A DNA stretch of 64,000 nt from a virus: positions 4,777 to 68,776 of IMG/VR virus record IMGVR_UViG_3300027782_000079; one strand, written 5' to 3'. Below are positions 37,474-47,322 of this stretch, in pieces (positions within the stretch are counted from its first letter, which is position 1; every line of letters starts with the position of its first letter). A model generated the notes under the pieces. The model did no database searches and had not been told where the DNA came from. It was given only the letters and a program-made list of their open reading frames with translations. The position numbers and the translations under genes were made by a program.

Positions 37474-38967
37474 ATGAACATGAACGATCAGCAGATCAAG
37501 GAAATCGATGCCAACGACATTGCGCTCGATCAAATGTCGAATATTATCGGTACAGGCGTTTTGGCCACAGTTCGAATAACTGCCGCTCGATTCGGTTTTT
37601 CAATCAAGCTTGATGATCTTGGATTGATTCCCACCAGAAAAAATCGCGCAAATCGCACTCGTTTTGCAATAGCGAGCATGTTGGGTTCTTCGCAGCGTGC
37701 GAGTTTGCTTCCAAAACATCATCTTTGGATCAATCAAGAAGGAAGTGGTCGCCTTGTTCAATTGCAGACTCCCGAAACAACGGAGCGTCGAATTCGCGCA
37801 TTGTTTCCTACGAAATACGCAAAAAACAGAACAAAAAACATTGACTCTTCTTCCACAATGCTTGCCATTCCCGTAAACGGAATGACATTTATTCCGTTGA
37901 GATCTTGGAAACAATGGAACAAGGAATATGCTCAGGCCAAACAAGATCATTTGCAATCAGCAAAAAACCTTGTTAACAATTATGATCGTCTTAAGAAAGA
38001 GTCATTACGTCATTATACGTTAATTGCCATTGATATCTATAATAGAATTCTAACCACATCTCCAGACACGTTGCAGAGGTATGACTATCGAGCACGTGAA
38101 ATGGTGACGATTACTCCACTTGCTTGGACAAGGCAATGGAAATCCGCAGTGCTTCGTGCATGGCCAACCAAGCAACAAATTCTTGACGCCTACACTGTGG
38201 AAGCAAAATTTTTCTGGGCACCCGTTGCGCAAGAGAATATTCCGCAATATATTGGAGAAAATGCGCAGAATTATCTTGCAGCTGCCGAAACAGAAGCCAT
38301 TTCTCAAGTTTGGGATCACCAACAGGCGACCAAGCGAGTATTTGAGGAAATCAAAAGTCATGTTTCCGCAACGCAACGATCTCAGTCACACGAACTTGCC
38401 GTTTCTTACGTTCAGACCATTCTTGAGCGCACCGAAAAAGTTTTTGGTGGATTTTTGACTTTTTTGGAAACCGAAAAGCGATCAGCATCAACGAAACAGC
38501 TCAATTCAGTGCTGAAAGTTGCTGAAATGATTCAATCATTGGGATCTGGCGTGTCGGGATTGTCTGGAATTGTGCAACAAGCAAAGCAAATTGAACAATT
38601 CATCGAAGATGCCAAGAATTCGACTTCGCAAAACGAAAAATCTTCTTTGAAGAAATCAAAATCCGACCATGTTGCGAGCGAACTCCCAGAAATAATCACG
38701 CAAGCTCTCGAAACCATTCGTCAAGAAGCAGAAGCGATGATTGGCAATGAAGCTAGGCGCTCGATCATTCCTGCATCAGATGAATTTGTCACTGATTTTT
38801 CGGAGACAGGCATTGTTGGCCTATCCACGGCCAATCGCTCTCGCCTGATCATTGATGAAGACAGTCCCGAATTTCATTCCGAATTTCTTTTGGATGAATC
38901 GTCAGCCGTCCTTGTCGAAAATGACGACAGCGAGGGTGACATGACATCTTCTCGTCGCATCGGCTAA
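37474..38967 (+). CDS. hypothetical protein, DUF3150-like
   Basis: GVLATVRI..KLDDLGL..SLLPK..ERRIRAL..FIP..W pattern followed by long helices; downstream of the AAA ATPase. Confidence 0.45.
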   Translation: MNMNDQQIKEIDANDIALDQMSNIIGTGVLATVRITAARFGFSIKLDDLGLIPTRKNRANRTRFAIASMLGSSQRASLLPKHHLWINQEGSGRLVQLQTPETTERRIRALFPTKYAKNRTKNIDSSSTMLAIPVNGMTFIPLRSWKQWNKEYAQAKQDHLQSAKNLVNNYDRLKKESLRHYTLIAIDIYNRILTTSPDTLQRYDYRAREMVTITPLAWTRQWKSAVLRAWPTKQQILDAYTVEAKFFWAPVAQENIPQYIGENAQNYLAAAETEAISQVWDHQQATKRVFEEIKSHVSATQRSQSHELAVSYVQTILERTEKVFGGFLTFLETEKRSASTKQLNSVLKVAEMIQSLGSGVSGLSGIVQQAKQIEQFIEDAKNSTSQNEKSSLKKSKSDHVASELPEIITQALETIRQEAEAMIGNEARRSIIPASDEFVTDFSETGIVGLSTANRSRLIIDEDSPEFHSEFLLDESSAVLVENDDSEGDMTSSRRIG

Positions 38968-39026
38968 AATGTGGAGGGCCACACGCCTCCTCTCGGTAAA
39001 ACAGGAAGCTCTGTCTTCCTCCAGTC

Positions 39027-41171
39027 ATGGAAAGTCTTATGGATACCGAAAAACCGGACACATTAGCAGTGCTGTTTTCTTATCTGGACAGAGGGTGGAA
39101 CATTTTCCCCGTTGAGCCAAACGGCAAACGTCCCGTTGTGGTCTCCCAAGGCAGGGATCAGGATGGATCAACCTTTGATATCCGGCTAAAATGGAACACA
39201 TACCAGTACAACCGTGTTGATAAGGATCAAGTCAGGGAATGGTTTGAAAAGCACGACGACTGCAACTGGGCGGTGGTTTGCGGAAAGATCAGCAACCTTG
39301 TTGTTCTTGATGTAGATGGCGAAATTGGCATTGAGTCTCTCGAAAAACATCATCCTGAGATACAAAGCATCAAGACATTCATGCAGGCTAGTCCTCATGG
39401 AATTCACATGTTTTTTACTCATCCCGGAAATGATGTAAAAAGTTTTCCGATCTTGACAAAAGTGGATGTCAAGGGAGATGGAGGGTACATTGTTGTCGCT
39501 CCGTCGAAAATTGACGAAGAGTCGTATCAAGTATTGATTGATACCGAGCTACGCGAATGTCCGGGATGGATTGCCCGTGGAGAATCAATCAAGGAAGACA
39601 GTCCATCGGCTGCGTCTTCCGAATCCACGGGAGATCGCAGACCTCAATGGGTCAGGCAACTTCTTGATAATGGATCTCCAGAAGGCAGACGCAGTGATGA
39701 TGCATCACGCCTTGTCGGATATTTCTGGAATCGCAATATCAGTCCGGATATTATCGAAACCATCATCACTCCATGGGCGAATCGGTGCAAACCGCCGTTT
39801 GACATGCGAGAGTTGAAGACCGTTATTCGGAGCATCTGTTCCTATCAGCAAACAGCAAAGCATCTCGGCATCGTCGCTCCTCCAGTAATGACCTCAACTG
39901 GAACTGGAACCAAGTATTCGTGGCACACGCTCAAGATAGATATCGTTGTGTCGAAGCTGATGGATACTGAACGGTATGGTCTCGTTGGAGAACTGGATGT
40001 GCGGACAAATGGCATTCCTTCAGTACGGCATTTCCTGTACGGCCCTGTTGATGTTTCGTTCAAAAGCAGCAGGGATCTCGCCAGTCTGGTAACTGAGATG
40101 GAAAAGCTGATGTCCGGTCCTCCGTGGCGTCAGATGATCAATGATATTGCGCGATTGAGCATTGGTCAGTTCACCAAAGGCACTCCATGGATGCTTTTGC
40201 GTGAAGCTCCTCGTGCACAGCAACAAGGGTTTGCACATAGGCCGCTACTTCTTGCCAAGGAACCGACATTATGGTTTTCGGCAGGTGGAGGGCTAAAGTC
40301 CTATCTTGCCTTGACGCTTGCGGTCATGATGGAAACAGGCATAGACCTTGGTATCGGGCCAGCACTTGTGAGAAACCACGTTGCGTATCTTGACTGGGAA
40401 TGGGATGTTGGCCAGCACGCCCGACGACTTGACACTATCATCAGTCCTGCTGATCAGGAGCGATTGGGCGCAAATATCATCTATCGAAATTGCGGTGGCC
40501 GACCACTGCGCAAGCAGATTGATGAGATCAAGCGCATGGTCGCAGAAGAGGGCATTACCTATATCATCATTGACAGCGCATCTCCCGCCTGTGGCCGCGC
40601 TAGCGATAATGATGAGATTGTCGGCTTCTTTCAGGCCATTTCCCAGCTCGGTGTTGGATCGTTGATTCTTGCTCACATCACCAAAGCCGACCGCTCCTCA
40701 CAGGACGATGTCGCAACGGCATTTGGTGGCGTGCAGTGGGAAAATCAGGCACGAAGCACTTGGCATCTTCGCAAGATTCAAGAAGAAGGCTCAACAACAG
40801 CAGATGTTGTGTTGACACATCACAAGATAAATGCCGGAAACATGAATCGTCCCTTTGCCCTGCGATTCTTTTTTCCGGGAGAATCTGATCCTGATGGAGT
40901 CGTGCAGATACAGGGAATAAGCCCTGAAGACCTTCCTTCAGAGACGCTTAAGGAGGGTGGCGTTTCGTTCAGGGATCGTGTCAAATTTGCCTTGAAGAAC
41001 CGCCCGATGCATGCAGAGGAATTGGCTGAGGCTCTTGGTGTGTACAACATTGCCTCTCTTGTTGCAACATTGCGGTCCATGGAGCAGAGCGTTCTTATCA
41101 AGGTTGTCAAAAAAGTTGATGGAGAACCATTGGAGTATTGGTCTCTGAAATCTCCGCGACTGGCGGAATAG
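39027..41171 (+). CDS. bifunctional primase-polymerase (Prim-Pol/PriCT) fused to an AAA_25/RecA-like helicase
   Basis: GWNIFPV..GKRP, NWAVVCG..LVVLDVD, GIHMFF, DVKGDGGYIVVAPS; EGRRSD (PriCT-like); YLDWE, IIIDS, LILAHITK, FGGVQW. Confidence 0.88.
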   Translation: MESLMDTEKPDTLAVLFSYLDRGWNIFPVEPNGKRPVVVSQGRDQDGSTFDIRLKWNTYQYNRVDKDQVREWFEKHDDCNWAVVCGKISNLVVLDVDGEIGIESLEKHHPEIQSIKTFMQASPHGIHMFFTHPGNDVKSFPILTKVDVKGDGGYIVVAPSKIDEESYQVLIDTELRECPGWIARGESIKEDSPSAASSESTGDRRPQWVRQLLDNGSPEGRRSDDASRLVGYFWNRNISPDIIETIITPWANRCKPPFDMRELKTVIRSICSYQQTAKHLGIVAPPVMTSTGTGTKYSWHTLKIDIVVSKLMDTERYGLVGELDVRTNGIPSVRHFLYGPVDVSFKSSRDLASLVTEMEKLMSGPPWRQMINDIARLSIGQFTKGTPWMLLREAPRAQQQGFAHRPLLLAKEPTLWFSAGGGLKSYLALTLAVMMETGIDLGIGPALVRNHVAYLDWEWDVGQHARRLDTIISPADQERLGANIIYRNCGGRPLRKQIDEIKRMVAEEGITYIIIDSASPACGRASDNDEIVGFFQAISQLGVGSLILAHITKADRSSQDDVATAFGGVQWENQARSTWHLRKIQEEGSTTADVVLTHHKINAGNMNRPFALRFFFPGESDPDGVVQIQGISPEDLPSETLKEGGVSFRDRVKFALKNRPMHAEELAEALGVYNIASLVATLRSMEQSVLIKVVKKVDGEPLEYWSLKSPRLAE

Positions 41172-41175
41172 CCGT

Positions 41176-41613
41176 ATGGCATTCGACGCATTTGAAGTCA
41201 TGCGCAATCGGGTATCAAAAGTGCCTTCTCCAACGCCTGTTGGGGAAGGGCGCCTTGACATTACTCCAGATAACGCAGTCATGTTGATGGATCGTTTTCT
41301 CTGCCTCATCATTGCCAGCGGCTATCAGAAAAAATCCGGTCAATCAGTCACTCATTTGCACGAGCCAGCAAGCAAGCAAGCGATTGCTGACGCAAAACGT
41401 GCTGCCTTGATGATTTCGCAATGGGAAAAAAAGGGAATATTTGCCAAACGAACTTTCAACATTGATACGTGGCGGGAATGTGTTGCATTTATTTCCACTG
41501 ATCAATTACAATCATTCTGCGAGTCTCCGCTGATGCACCCATCAGTGTTGTGGAGGATTATTCTTGCAGAAAAAACCGTGGATGCCCAAGCGCACCAAAT
41601 CGTCAACTCCTGA
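41176..41613 (+). CDS. hypothetical protein
   Basis: 145-aa ORF in a tightly packed operon. Confidence 0.55.
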   Translation: MAFDAFEVMRNRVSKVPSPTPVGEGRLDITPDNAVMLMDRFLCLIIASGYQKKSGQSVTHLHEPASKQAIADAKRAALMISQWEKKGIFAKRTFNIDTWRECVAFISTDQLQSFCESPLMHPSVLWRIILAEKTVDAQAHQIVNS

Positions 41614-42247
41614 CATCGCACTTCCTTCAATAGGAAACAAGGATTGGGCTTCGATCAAGAGAATACTTTTCATTGACGAAAGTCTCAATGATAGTGGAGC
41701 TGCACTATTTGTTGACGGAAAGTACGTAGAGCAAAAAAATGAAAATAATATTGATATTGGTTTTGCTCTTACTCTTCCGGCTCACGCGCCAAAAACGATC
41801 AAGCTCGTGAAATATCACGATTGGGTGACCGGATTGATTCATGCGTTGTCTCCTGATCTTGTAGTTGGCGAAAGCCATCCATTTGCACGAGGCAACGCGG
41901 GAACTAGCATTGCCACACTTGAGACCATGGCCGGGATTCGATACATCACCATGCTTCTTGCTTCGATCAAGAAGATTCCATACGCAGATTTCTCTGCAAG
42001 TTCCGTCAAGTTGGTGATGTGCGGTGGTTCGACCGCTTCAAAAGAAATGGTACAATTGGTATTGACTGGATGTGGATACAAGCTTCCGGAATACGACAAA
42101 AAACCGGGGGTAATCAATGGCAACGTATGTGATGCCATTGCCATCGGTGAAGTAATTTGCCGAATGCAAAAACAGGAGATATTGCGTCGTGAGTACATTC
42201 AAAGCGTTGGGGAAGGTCGACCACAGACTCGTACACGCCGAAAATAA
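41582..42247 (+). CDS. ruvC: Holliday junction resolvase, RuvC-like
   Basis: ILFIDESLNDSG, PDLVVGE, VKLVMCGGSTASKEMV and DAIAIG. Confidence 0.82.
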   Translation: MPKRTKSSTPDIALPSIGNKDWASIKRILFIDESLNDSGAALFVDGKYVEQKNENNIDIGFALTLPAHAPKTIKLVKYHDWVTGLIHALSPDLVVGESHPFARGNAGTSIATLETMAGIRYITMLLASIKKIPYADFSASSVKLVMCGGSTASKEMVQLVLTGCGYKLPEYDKKPGVINGNVCDAIAIGEVICRMQKQEILRREYIQSVGEGRPQTRTRRK

Positions 42248-42266
42248 TCATGAGGAGACATTTGAC

Positions 42267-42728
42267 ATGTCCACTGACTCTTTCCGAATCAGTTACCGGT
42301 CACATTTGCCAAGCACAGCAATTTTTACCGCAGAGTTTCGTGAGCCTCAGACAATGGCTGAATGCCAAGACCGTCTTTTTGAGTTACGTCAAGACATTCA
42401 CAAAATTCGTCAACAGTTGAATGATCGCCAGAGGCAAGAAAAGATGGACATCAACGAGGACGAATACCGGCGTTGGCGACACAAGGCTATTCATGCTCGC
42501 AACACCAAGATCATGCAACAGCAGAGTCTTTCTTCTTGGCTCGAATCACAGCGTGTTCGACGGGCGGTTGACGCTTTGAATGGTCAGAATCCAGTGGCGG
42601 TTCTTGGAAAGCTCGTGGACATCATCAATGATGTTCGTCAACGCCACCGCATTTCTCTTACTGCTGATGAGATAAACATTGTATCATTGGCAGACAATAT
42701 CGTAAACAATGAGCCTTCTGGGAGATAA
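42267..42728 (+). CDS. hypothetical coiled-coil protein
   Basis: ATG 42267 with GAGGAG RBS. Confidence 0.6.
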   Translation: MSTDSFRISYRSHLPSTAIFTAEFREPQTMAECQDRLFELRQDIHKIRQQLNDRQRQEKMDINEDEYRRWRHKAIHARNTKIMQQQSLSSWLESQRVRRAVDALNGQNPVAVLGKLVDIINDVRQRHRISLTADEINIVSLADNIVNNEPSGR

Positions 42729-42733
42729 TTCGC

Positions 42734-43153
42734 ATGTCAACCGGCCGCAAGCGTCAATGGGAAGATGTTTTTCCTCATACTTTTTCCAATACCGAAAAAA
42801 TTGTCATGATTCGTTTGCCCTTGGGTGTTGCTCGCAAACTTGACGGCGCACACATTGACGCAGAAAAAATGATTGCTGAGGCGATTGAACGCGGATTTGC
42901 CAAAAAGGAAATCATGCCTGCATATAACTGGAGATATCATCCTGTTCATTGCAAGCTTTCCGGATCAACATACGCTACGTTGGCATCAGAATTCAACGAT
43001 GCGGATTCTTCACTTATCGGACAATTTGCCGGTTTGTTGATTGCAAAATTGATGGATATCTTTGTGCCCCCTATTTCTGGTTGGGTGGCAAACGCTTCGG
43101 ATAACAAGGAAATGCGTGAAATCGAAGCCATGTTTAGGAGCGCAATGCGATGA
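42734..43153 (+). CDS. hypothetical protein (possible DNA-binding)
   Basis: GGGAG RBS; VMIRLP..and VHCKLS.. strand-helix units reminiscent of ribbon-helix-helix (weak). Confidence 0.5.
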   Translation: MSTGRKRQWEDVFPHTFSNTEKIVMIRLPLGVARKLDGAHIDAEKMIAEAIERGFAKKEIMPAYNWRYHPVHCKLSGSTYATLASEFNDADSSLIGQFAGLLIAKLMDIFVPPISGWVANASDNKEMREIEAMFRSAMR

Positions 43154-43680
43154 GTATTGAAATTATTGACGATCAGCCAACAAAGATCATCACCATTTAC
43201 GACACCATGCCGCCACATCCCACAGTGGCGGCCGCACCGGCCATATGGACCGATCCCGGAGATGAATGGCTTTTTCGTCGCACGACCAATCTGCTGATTC
43301 CCAAGATCGTTGATGGCATTTCCTCCACAGACCCGAAGATCAGGTACGTTATCTGCGCTGTTCGCCGATCAAAAAAAATTGGAATGCCTGATACGTATCA
43401 GGCAATTGACATGGTCATGTGGCAAGAAGTGGAATCAATAAATGACGACAAAAAAACTGCAACAGTGAATAGCATATTGTGCTTTGGTCCGTCCAGAGTC
43501 AACAGCGTTCCTGAGATGAATAAAACCGTCAATGCAATTATGATTGCTTTTGAACAGGTTTACAAAGATCCCAGATGGATTAGTCAATACGAAATGGGCG
43601 GTATTGGCGATGAGTCTGATTTGATAGAGCCGAATTTAGAAGATAGCAACGAAGAAGAGAGTTCTGATGTCAAACCTTAG
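43150..43680 (+). CDS. hypothetical protein
   Basis: AGGAG RBS; ATGA overlap; acidic tail. Confidence 0.6.
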   Translation: MSIEIIDDQPTKIITIYDTMPPHPTVAAAPAIWTDPGDEWLFRRTTNLLIPKIVDGISSTDPKIRYVICAVRRSKKIGMPDTYQAIDMVMWQEVESINDDKKTATVNSILCFGPSRVNSVPEMNKTVNAIMIAFEQVYKDPRWISQYEMGGIGDESDLIEPNLEDSNEEESSDVKP

Positions 43681-43993
43681 CATGAGAGCTTTTGAGGAAG
43701 CCCAGCGACGAAAGCTCTACATGGATCGCAAAGGTATTCATGCAATTGCCAACATTCAACGAGATATTTTAATTGCCCAAAAGAACTTGGCCATGATGGC
43801 CGAATACCTATGGTCAATCAGCGGCAAGGATGTTTCGGGCAATTTTTCTGTGTACAATCCAAAAGATTACGATGTAAACAAATTTTTAAGCTTGGCTGGC
43901 TTGCAAATTTTGCAAATTTCTGGATCTTTAGGCATTGATTTTGTATCATTGTTGAAGCACGAAGTAGAAAAACAGGAGTTAACAATACTATAA
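43667..43993 (+). CDS. hypothetical protein
   Basis: 108-aa overlapping ORF in operon. Confidence 0.55.
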   Translation: MSNLSMRAFEEAQRRKLYMDRKGIHAIANIQRDILIAQKNLAMMAEYLWSISGKDVSGNFSVYNPKDYDVNKFLSLAGLQILQISGSLGIDFVSLLKHEVEKQELTIL

Positions 43994-44151
43994 TGGCAAA
44001 TAAAGACAAATACAAGACAAGAGAGGAAAAATATTATTGCGTAGAATGCGAAAATTTTTTTATTTTACATAAATCCTCAAAACATCAGGAAACAATCAGG
44101 AAAAGATGCAAAATTTGCAAGAAAGATTGCGAATTTGCTCCATACGAGTGA
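43993..44151 (+). CDS. small zinc-ribbon protein (52 aa, not in ORF track)
   Basis: MANKDKYKTREEKYYCVECENFFILHKSSKHQETIRKRCKICKKDCEFAPYE; two CxxC; TAATG coupling with the previous gene. Confidence 0.65.
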   Translation: MANKDKYKTREEKYYCVECENFFILHKSSKHQETIRKRCKICKKDCEFAPYE

Positions 44152-44154
44152 TAC

Positions 44155-44418
44155 GTGAAAGAAATGGAAAAAAATCCTAATTGGTGCATACTCACAAATA
44201 AAACAGATGACACAAAAGAATGGTGGGACACTGCAAGAAAAATCTATTCGGTTTTTCCTGACTCTGTTCCGGAAGTTATTCATTATCTTCTTGACAATTC
44301 TTGGAATGAATCCGAGGTCATGGCTACATCACGAGATGTAAGAGAAGTTCAATCATGGGCAACAGGTATTGCTGGATGGAAAAACCAAGACAGTCCTTTG
44401 CAATTCAAAAAAGTGTAA
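44155..44418 (+). CDS. hypothetical protein
   Basis: 87-aa Trp-rich ORF filling the operon gap. Confidence 0.55.
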   Translation: MKEMEKNPNWCILTNKTDDTKEWWDTARKIYSVFPDSVPEVIHYLLDNSWNESEVMATSRDVREVQSWATGIAGWKNQDSPLQFKKV

Positions 44419-44427
44419 TATTTATGT

Positions 44428-47307
44428 ATGAAACCACAGTCAAGAGTCACAAGAAGAGAAGAGTTTGACGACAGTCTTCGAAAATACGCACAGCAATCGT
44501 CCGCATCTGCTGGATCAACCGTGCCGGAAGTTCCCAAGGTTGGTGCACCTGTCGGAGCGGCGGCAGAAGTGCAACCCAAAAAAATTACCATAGCTCCGGC
44601 GCCAATCAATCAGATACCAAAAGCTCCGAAGCCACCTCAAATGCCTATTGGCACAACAGCTTCTTCCAATGTTGATCGAGGCGCACCCAAGTCTCCAAAA
44701 TCTTCGACTACTGCGCAAGATCTGCGACTTTCCATGTTGCGTTTGATGCTTATGGAAAAACTTTTCAAGTCTTTGTTCAAGGCTCGCGGGGAACAGTCGC
44801 GCAATCAAGGACTGAAACGTCATCCATCAATAGCCCAAACGTTTGACTCGCTTCCCATTGACAGACTCGTAACACGGGGGCCAAGGGTGTATAGAAGCAC
44901 CGCAAAGGAGGATGGACATCACGGGGTTTTTGGTGAGAACAGGGGAGTGTATATCCAAGTTGCACCATCGAATGACCGTGGTGAAATTCACGAAGGAGTA
45001 GGTCCAAGGTATCCATATATTGACTATTTGCAATTACGGCCGAAAGCAAAGGTTGGCCCTGAGCATGTTCAAGCATTCTTTGATGCGCTGCATCGTCAAG
45101 GATACGATGGAGATACCATGCACTTCTATGCGATGGACGACGATGACGACCGGACTGATGCGAATGGACTTAACAGGCGGGAACGACTTTTCCGTCCGAT
45201 AGCAGCTCAATGGAAGAAGTTTGTTGCGGCGCAGCAGGGCAAACCGGCAGAATCGGCAGAACCGACAGCGCCGACAACACCGACAGCACCGGCAGCACCG
45301 GCAGCACCGGCCGTGAGCAAATCCTACAAGACTCCCGCATGGCAACGCGCAGAGGGACAGAATCCCAAGGGTGGTCTCAACGCCAAGGGAAGGGCCTCTG
45401 CGAAGACTGAGGGCCACAACCTGAAGCCTCCGGTCAAGTCTGGTGATAACCCACGCCGAGCGTCGTTTCTCGCGCGTATGGGCAATTCTCCGGGACCGGA
45501 GCATGACGAGCACGGCAAGCCTACCAGACTGCTTCTGGCGCTTCAGGCATGGGGTGCATCAAGCAAGGCTGATGCGCGGAAAAAGGCAAAAGCAATAAGC
45601 AAAAGATTGCAACGCAAAAAAGTGGGAAAAGCACTAGTATTTCGCACATCGGGCTATGATGATTTGCTCAAAGGGCGTGGAGCAGAAGCAAGAAGTAATC
45701 CATCTTCGTATGGTATTGAAGCAGGACACTCCATTCATGACCCATCTATGCTGGGATTGAAAGCAACGCATGATTCGCTTGAAAAATTTAGTTCATTGCT
45801 TGAAGATCGTCCACCAAAACCTTTTTTTGGACGCTTTATAAATGCTGGTGAAAACGCACATATGGGATATTTCGGACCGCAAGGAATGATTTCATTAACA
45901 GCAAGTCCAACTGAGTATGACACTGATCCTGACTCGCCAACAAAAATGAAATCAAAGGATATGCTGACTCCCGGTGCGCCAGTTGCTCATCCCAAAATAC
46001 TGTATCTCAGAATAGCTCATGACGCACCGGAACCTGTCACCGATAAACACGAGCAAGAAATATTTCATGGATTATGGGATGCCGGATATCGAGGGCGTAA
46101 CATGACGTATATGACTTATCCCGATGTGCAATCGACTGCTTCTCAATACGCCGGTCTGCGTGCCGCACGCGGACAGCCTCCAAGGCCCATCACTGCGCAA
46201 CGTGATCGTTTGTTCGGTTTAAGGAAAAAGAGATGGGCAAGTTTTGTTGATGACAAAAATTCCGAACAAAACGCGAAATCAATGCGGTCGACGACAAATG
46301 CGCAACCTGACGTGTTGAGAAAAGGAAGCCAAGTTGCTCCAGTAGCTGCAAAAACATTGATGACCGGATCAGAAGAAAAAGCAGCCAATAGTTTAGTCAG
46401 GGATGCAAGTGGAAGGCCCACCATAAAGGGCATTTCCGTTCAAGACATCAGCCATGTTGCAAGAGTGCACGGCAATGTTGGAAAACTTTTTGAAGCTGGA
46501 ATCTTGGCGCCGATTCCCACTCATCATGCTACAGCTTTGGATGGCCAAGGGAATATTGTTCAAGATCATTCTGTAGACAATCAGCAAACAATTGCGAAAG
46601 TGCATGGAACAACTGAAGTAACTCCAGATCCATTGGCACACCTCGGCGTTGTTCATGCAGGAATGGTAACTACTGGTGGCAGGCCCTTCGTGTTGGTAAG
46701 GCATGTAGAGCCCAATGGCGAAGTTCATCATCTTCCTTTTTATCAAAGCACAGGGGGAGGAGACAAAGCAGAAACCACAAATGGCGCTTGGTATTACACT
46801 CCGGGTTTTCGAAACATGTCAAATGATCTTGGGCGTGGATGGATTGGAAAAAAGAACGGAAAAGACATGCTGGAAACAAGTGAAATACCCGTAATAAAAT
46901 ATTACAAAGGAATTCTTGACACTCATTTGGGCAATGTTCTTGGAATAGGAAACTCTATTCCAAAAATGTTTGACGGAGTTAGCGAGTACACGCCGATTGA
47001 AGGAAGAGTCAAAGGCGGATCATTGCCAACCATGACTTCATCAGAAAGAATTGATCCCATGATGGAGTATCCTGACGAACAATATACAGATCCGAAAAGC
47101 CTTGGCAGAACCATGTCTGCCATCACGCAAATGAGCTCAGTTGCTCCCAGCATCAAAGCGTTGACTAAAAAAGGCAAGGGAGGCATGAGTTGGCTTCTGC
47201 AACACATGGGAGATCAATTAAAAGGTGCTCATCCGTCGTTATTGCCATATTGGGAAGCCCAAAAAGAACATTTGGCGACATTGCGTCCACCTTCATCAGA
47301 AAAATAA
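44428..47307 (+). CDS. large modular protein (duplicated unknown domain plus DUF6321-like domain); putative head-internal polyprotein
   Basis: PAWQRAEGQNPKGGLNAKGRAS..RRASFLARM..GKPTR (DUF6321-like) lies between two mutually similar ~150-190 aa domains. Confidence 0.65.
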   Translation: MKPQSRVTRREEFDDSLRKYAQQSSASAGSTVPEVPKVGAPVGAAAEVQPKKITIAPAPINQIPKAPKPPQMPIGTTASSNVDRGAPKSPKSSTTAQDLRLSMLRLMLMEKLFKSLFKARGEQSRNQGLKRHPSIAQTFDSLPIDRLVTRGPRVYRSTAKEDGHHGVFGENRGVYIQVAPSNDRGEIHEGVGPRYPYIDYLQLRPKAKVGPEHVQAFFDALHRQGYDGDTMHFYAMDDDDDRTDANGLNRRERLFRPIAAQWKKFVAAQQGKPAESAEPTAPTTPTAPAAPAAPAVSKSYKTPAWQRAEGQNPKGGLNAKGRASAKTEGHNLKPPVKSGDNPRRASFLARMGNSPGPEHDEHGKPTRLLLALQAWGASSKADARKKAKAISKRLQRKKVGKALVFRTSGYDDLLKGRGAEARSNPSSYGIEAGHSIHDPSMLGLKATHDSLEKFSSLLEDRPPKPFFGRFINAGENAHMGYFGPQGMISLTASPTEYDTDPDSPTKMKSKDMLTPGAPVAHPKILYLRIAHDAPEPVTDKHEQEIFHGLWDAGYRGRNMTYMTYPDVQSTASQYAGLRAARGQPPRPITAQRDRLFGLRKKRWASFVDDKNSEQNAKSMRSTTNAQPDVLRKGSQVAPVAAKTLMTGSEEKAANSLVRDASGRPTIKGISVQDISHVARVHGNVGKLFEAGILAPIPTHHATALDGQGNIVQDHSVDNQQTIAKVHGTTEVTPDPLAHLGVVHAGMVTTGGRPFVLVRHVEPNGEVHHLPFYQSTGGGDKAETTNGAWYYTPGFRNMSNDLGRGWIGKKNGKDMLETSEIPVIKYYKGILDTHLGNVLGIGNSIPKMFDGVSEYTPIEGRVKGGSLPTMTSSERIDPMMEYPDEQYTDPKSLGRTMSAITQMSSVAPSIKALTKKGKGGMSWLLQHMGDQLKGAHPSLLPYWEAQKEHLATLRPPSSEK

Positions 47308-47322
47308 ACGCAGGAGTCAGTC

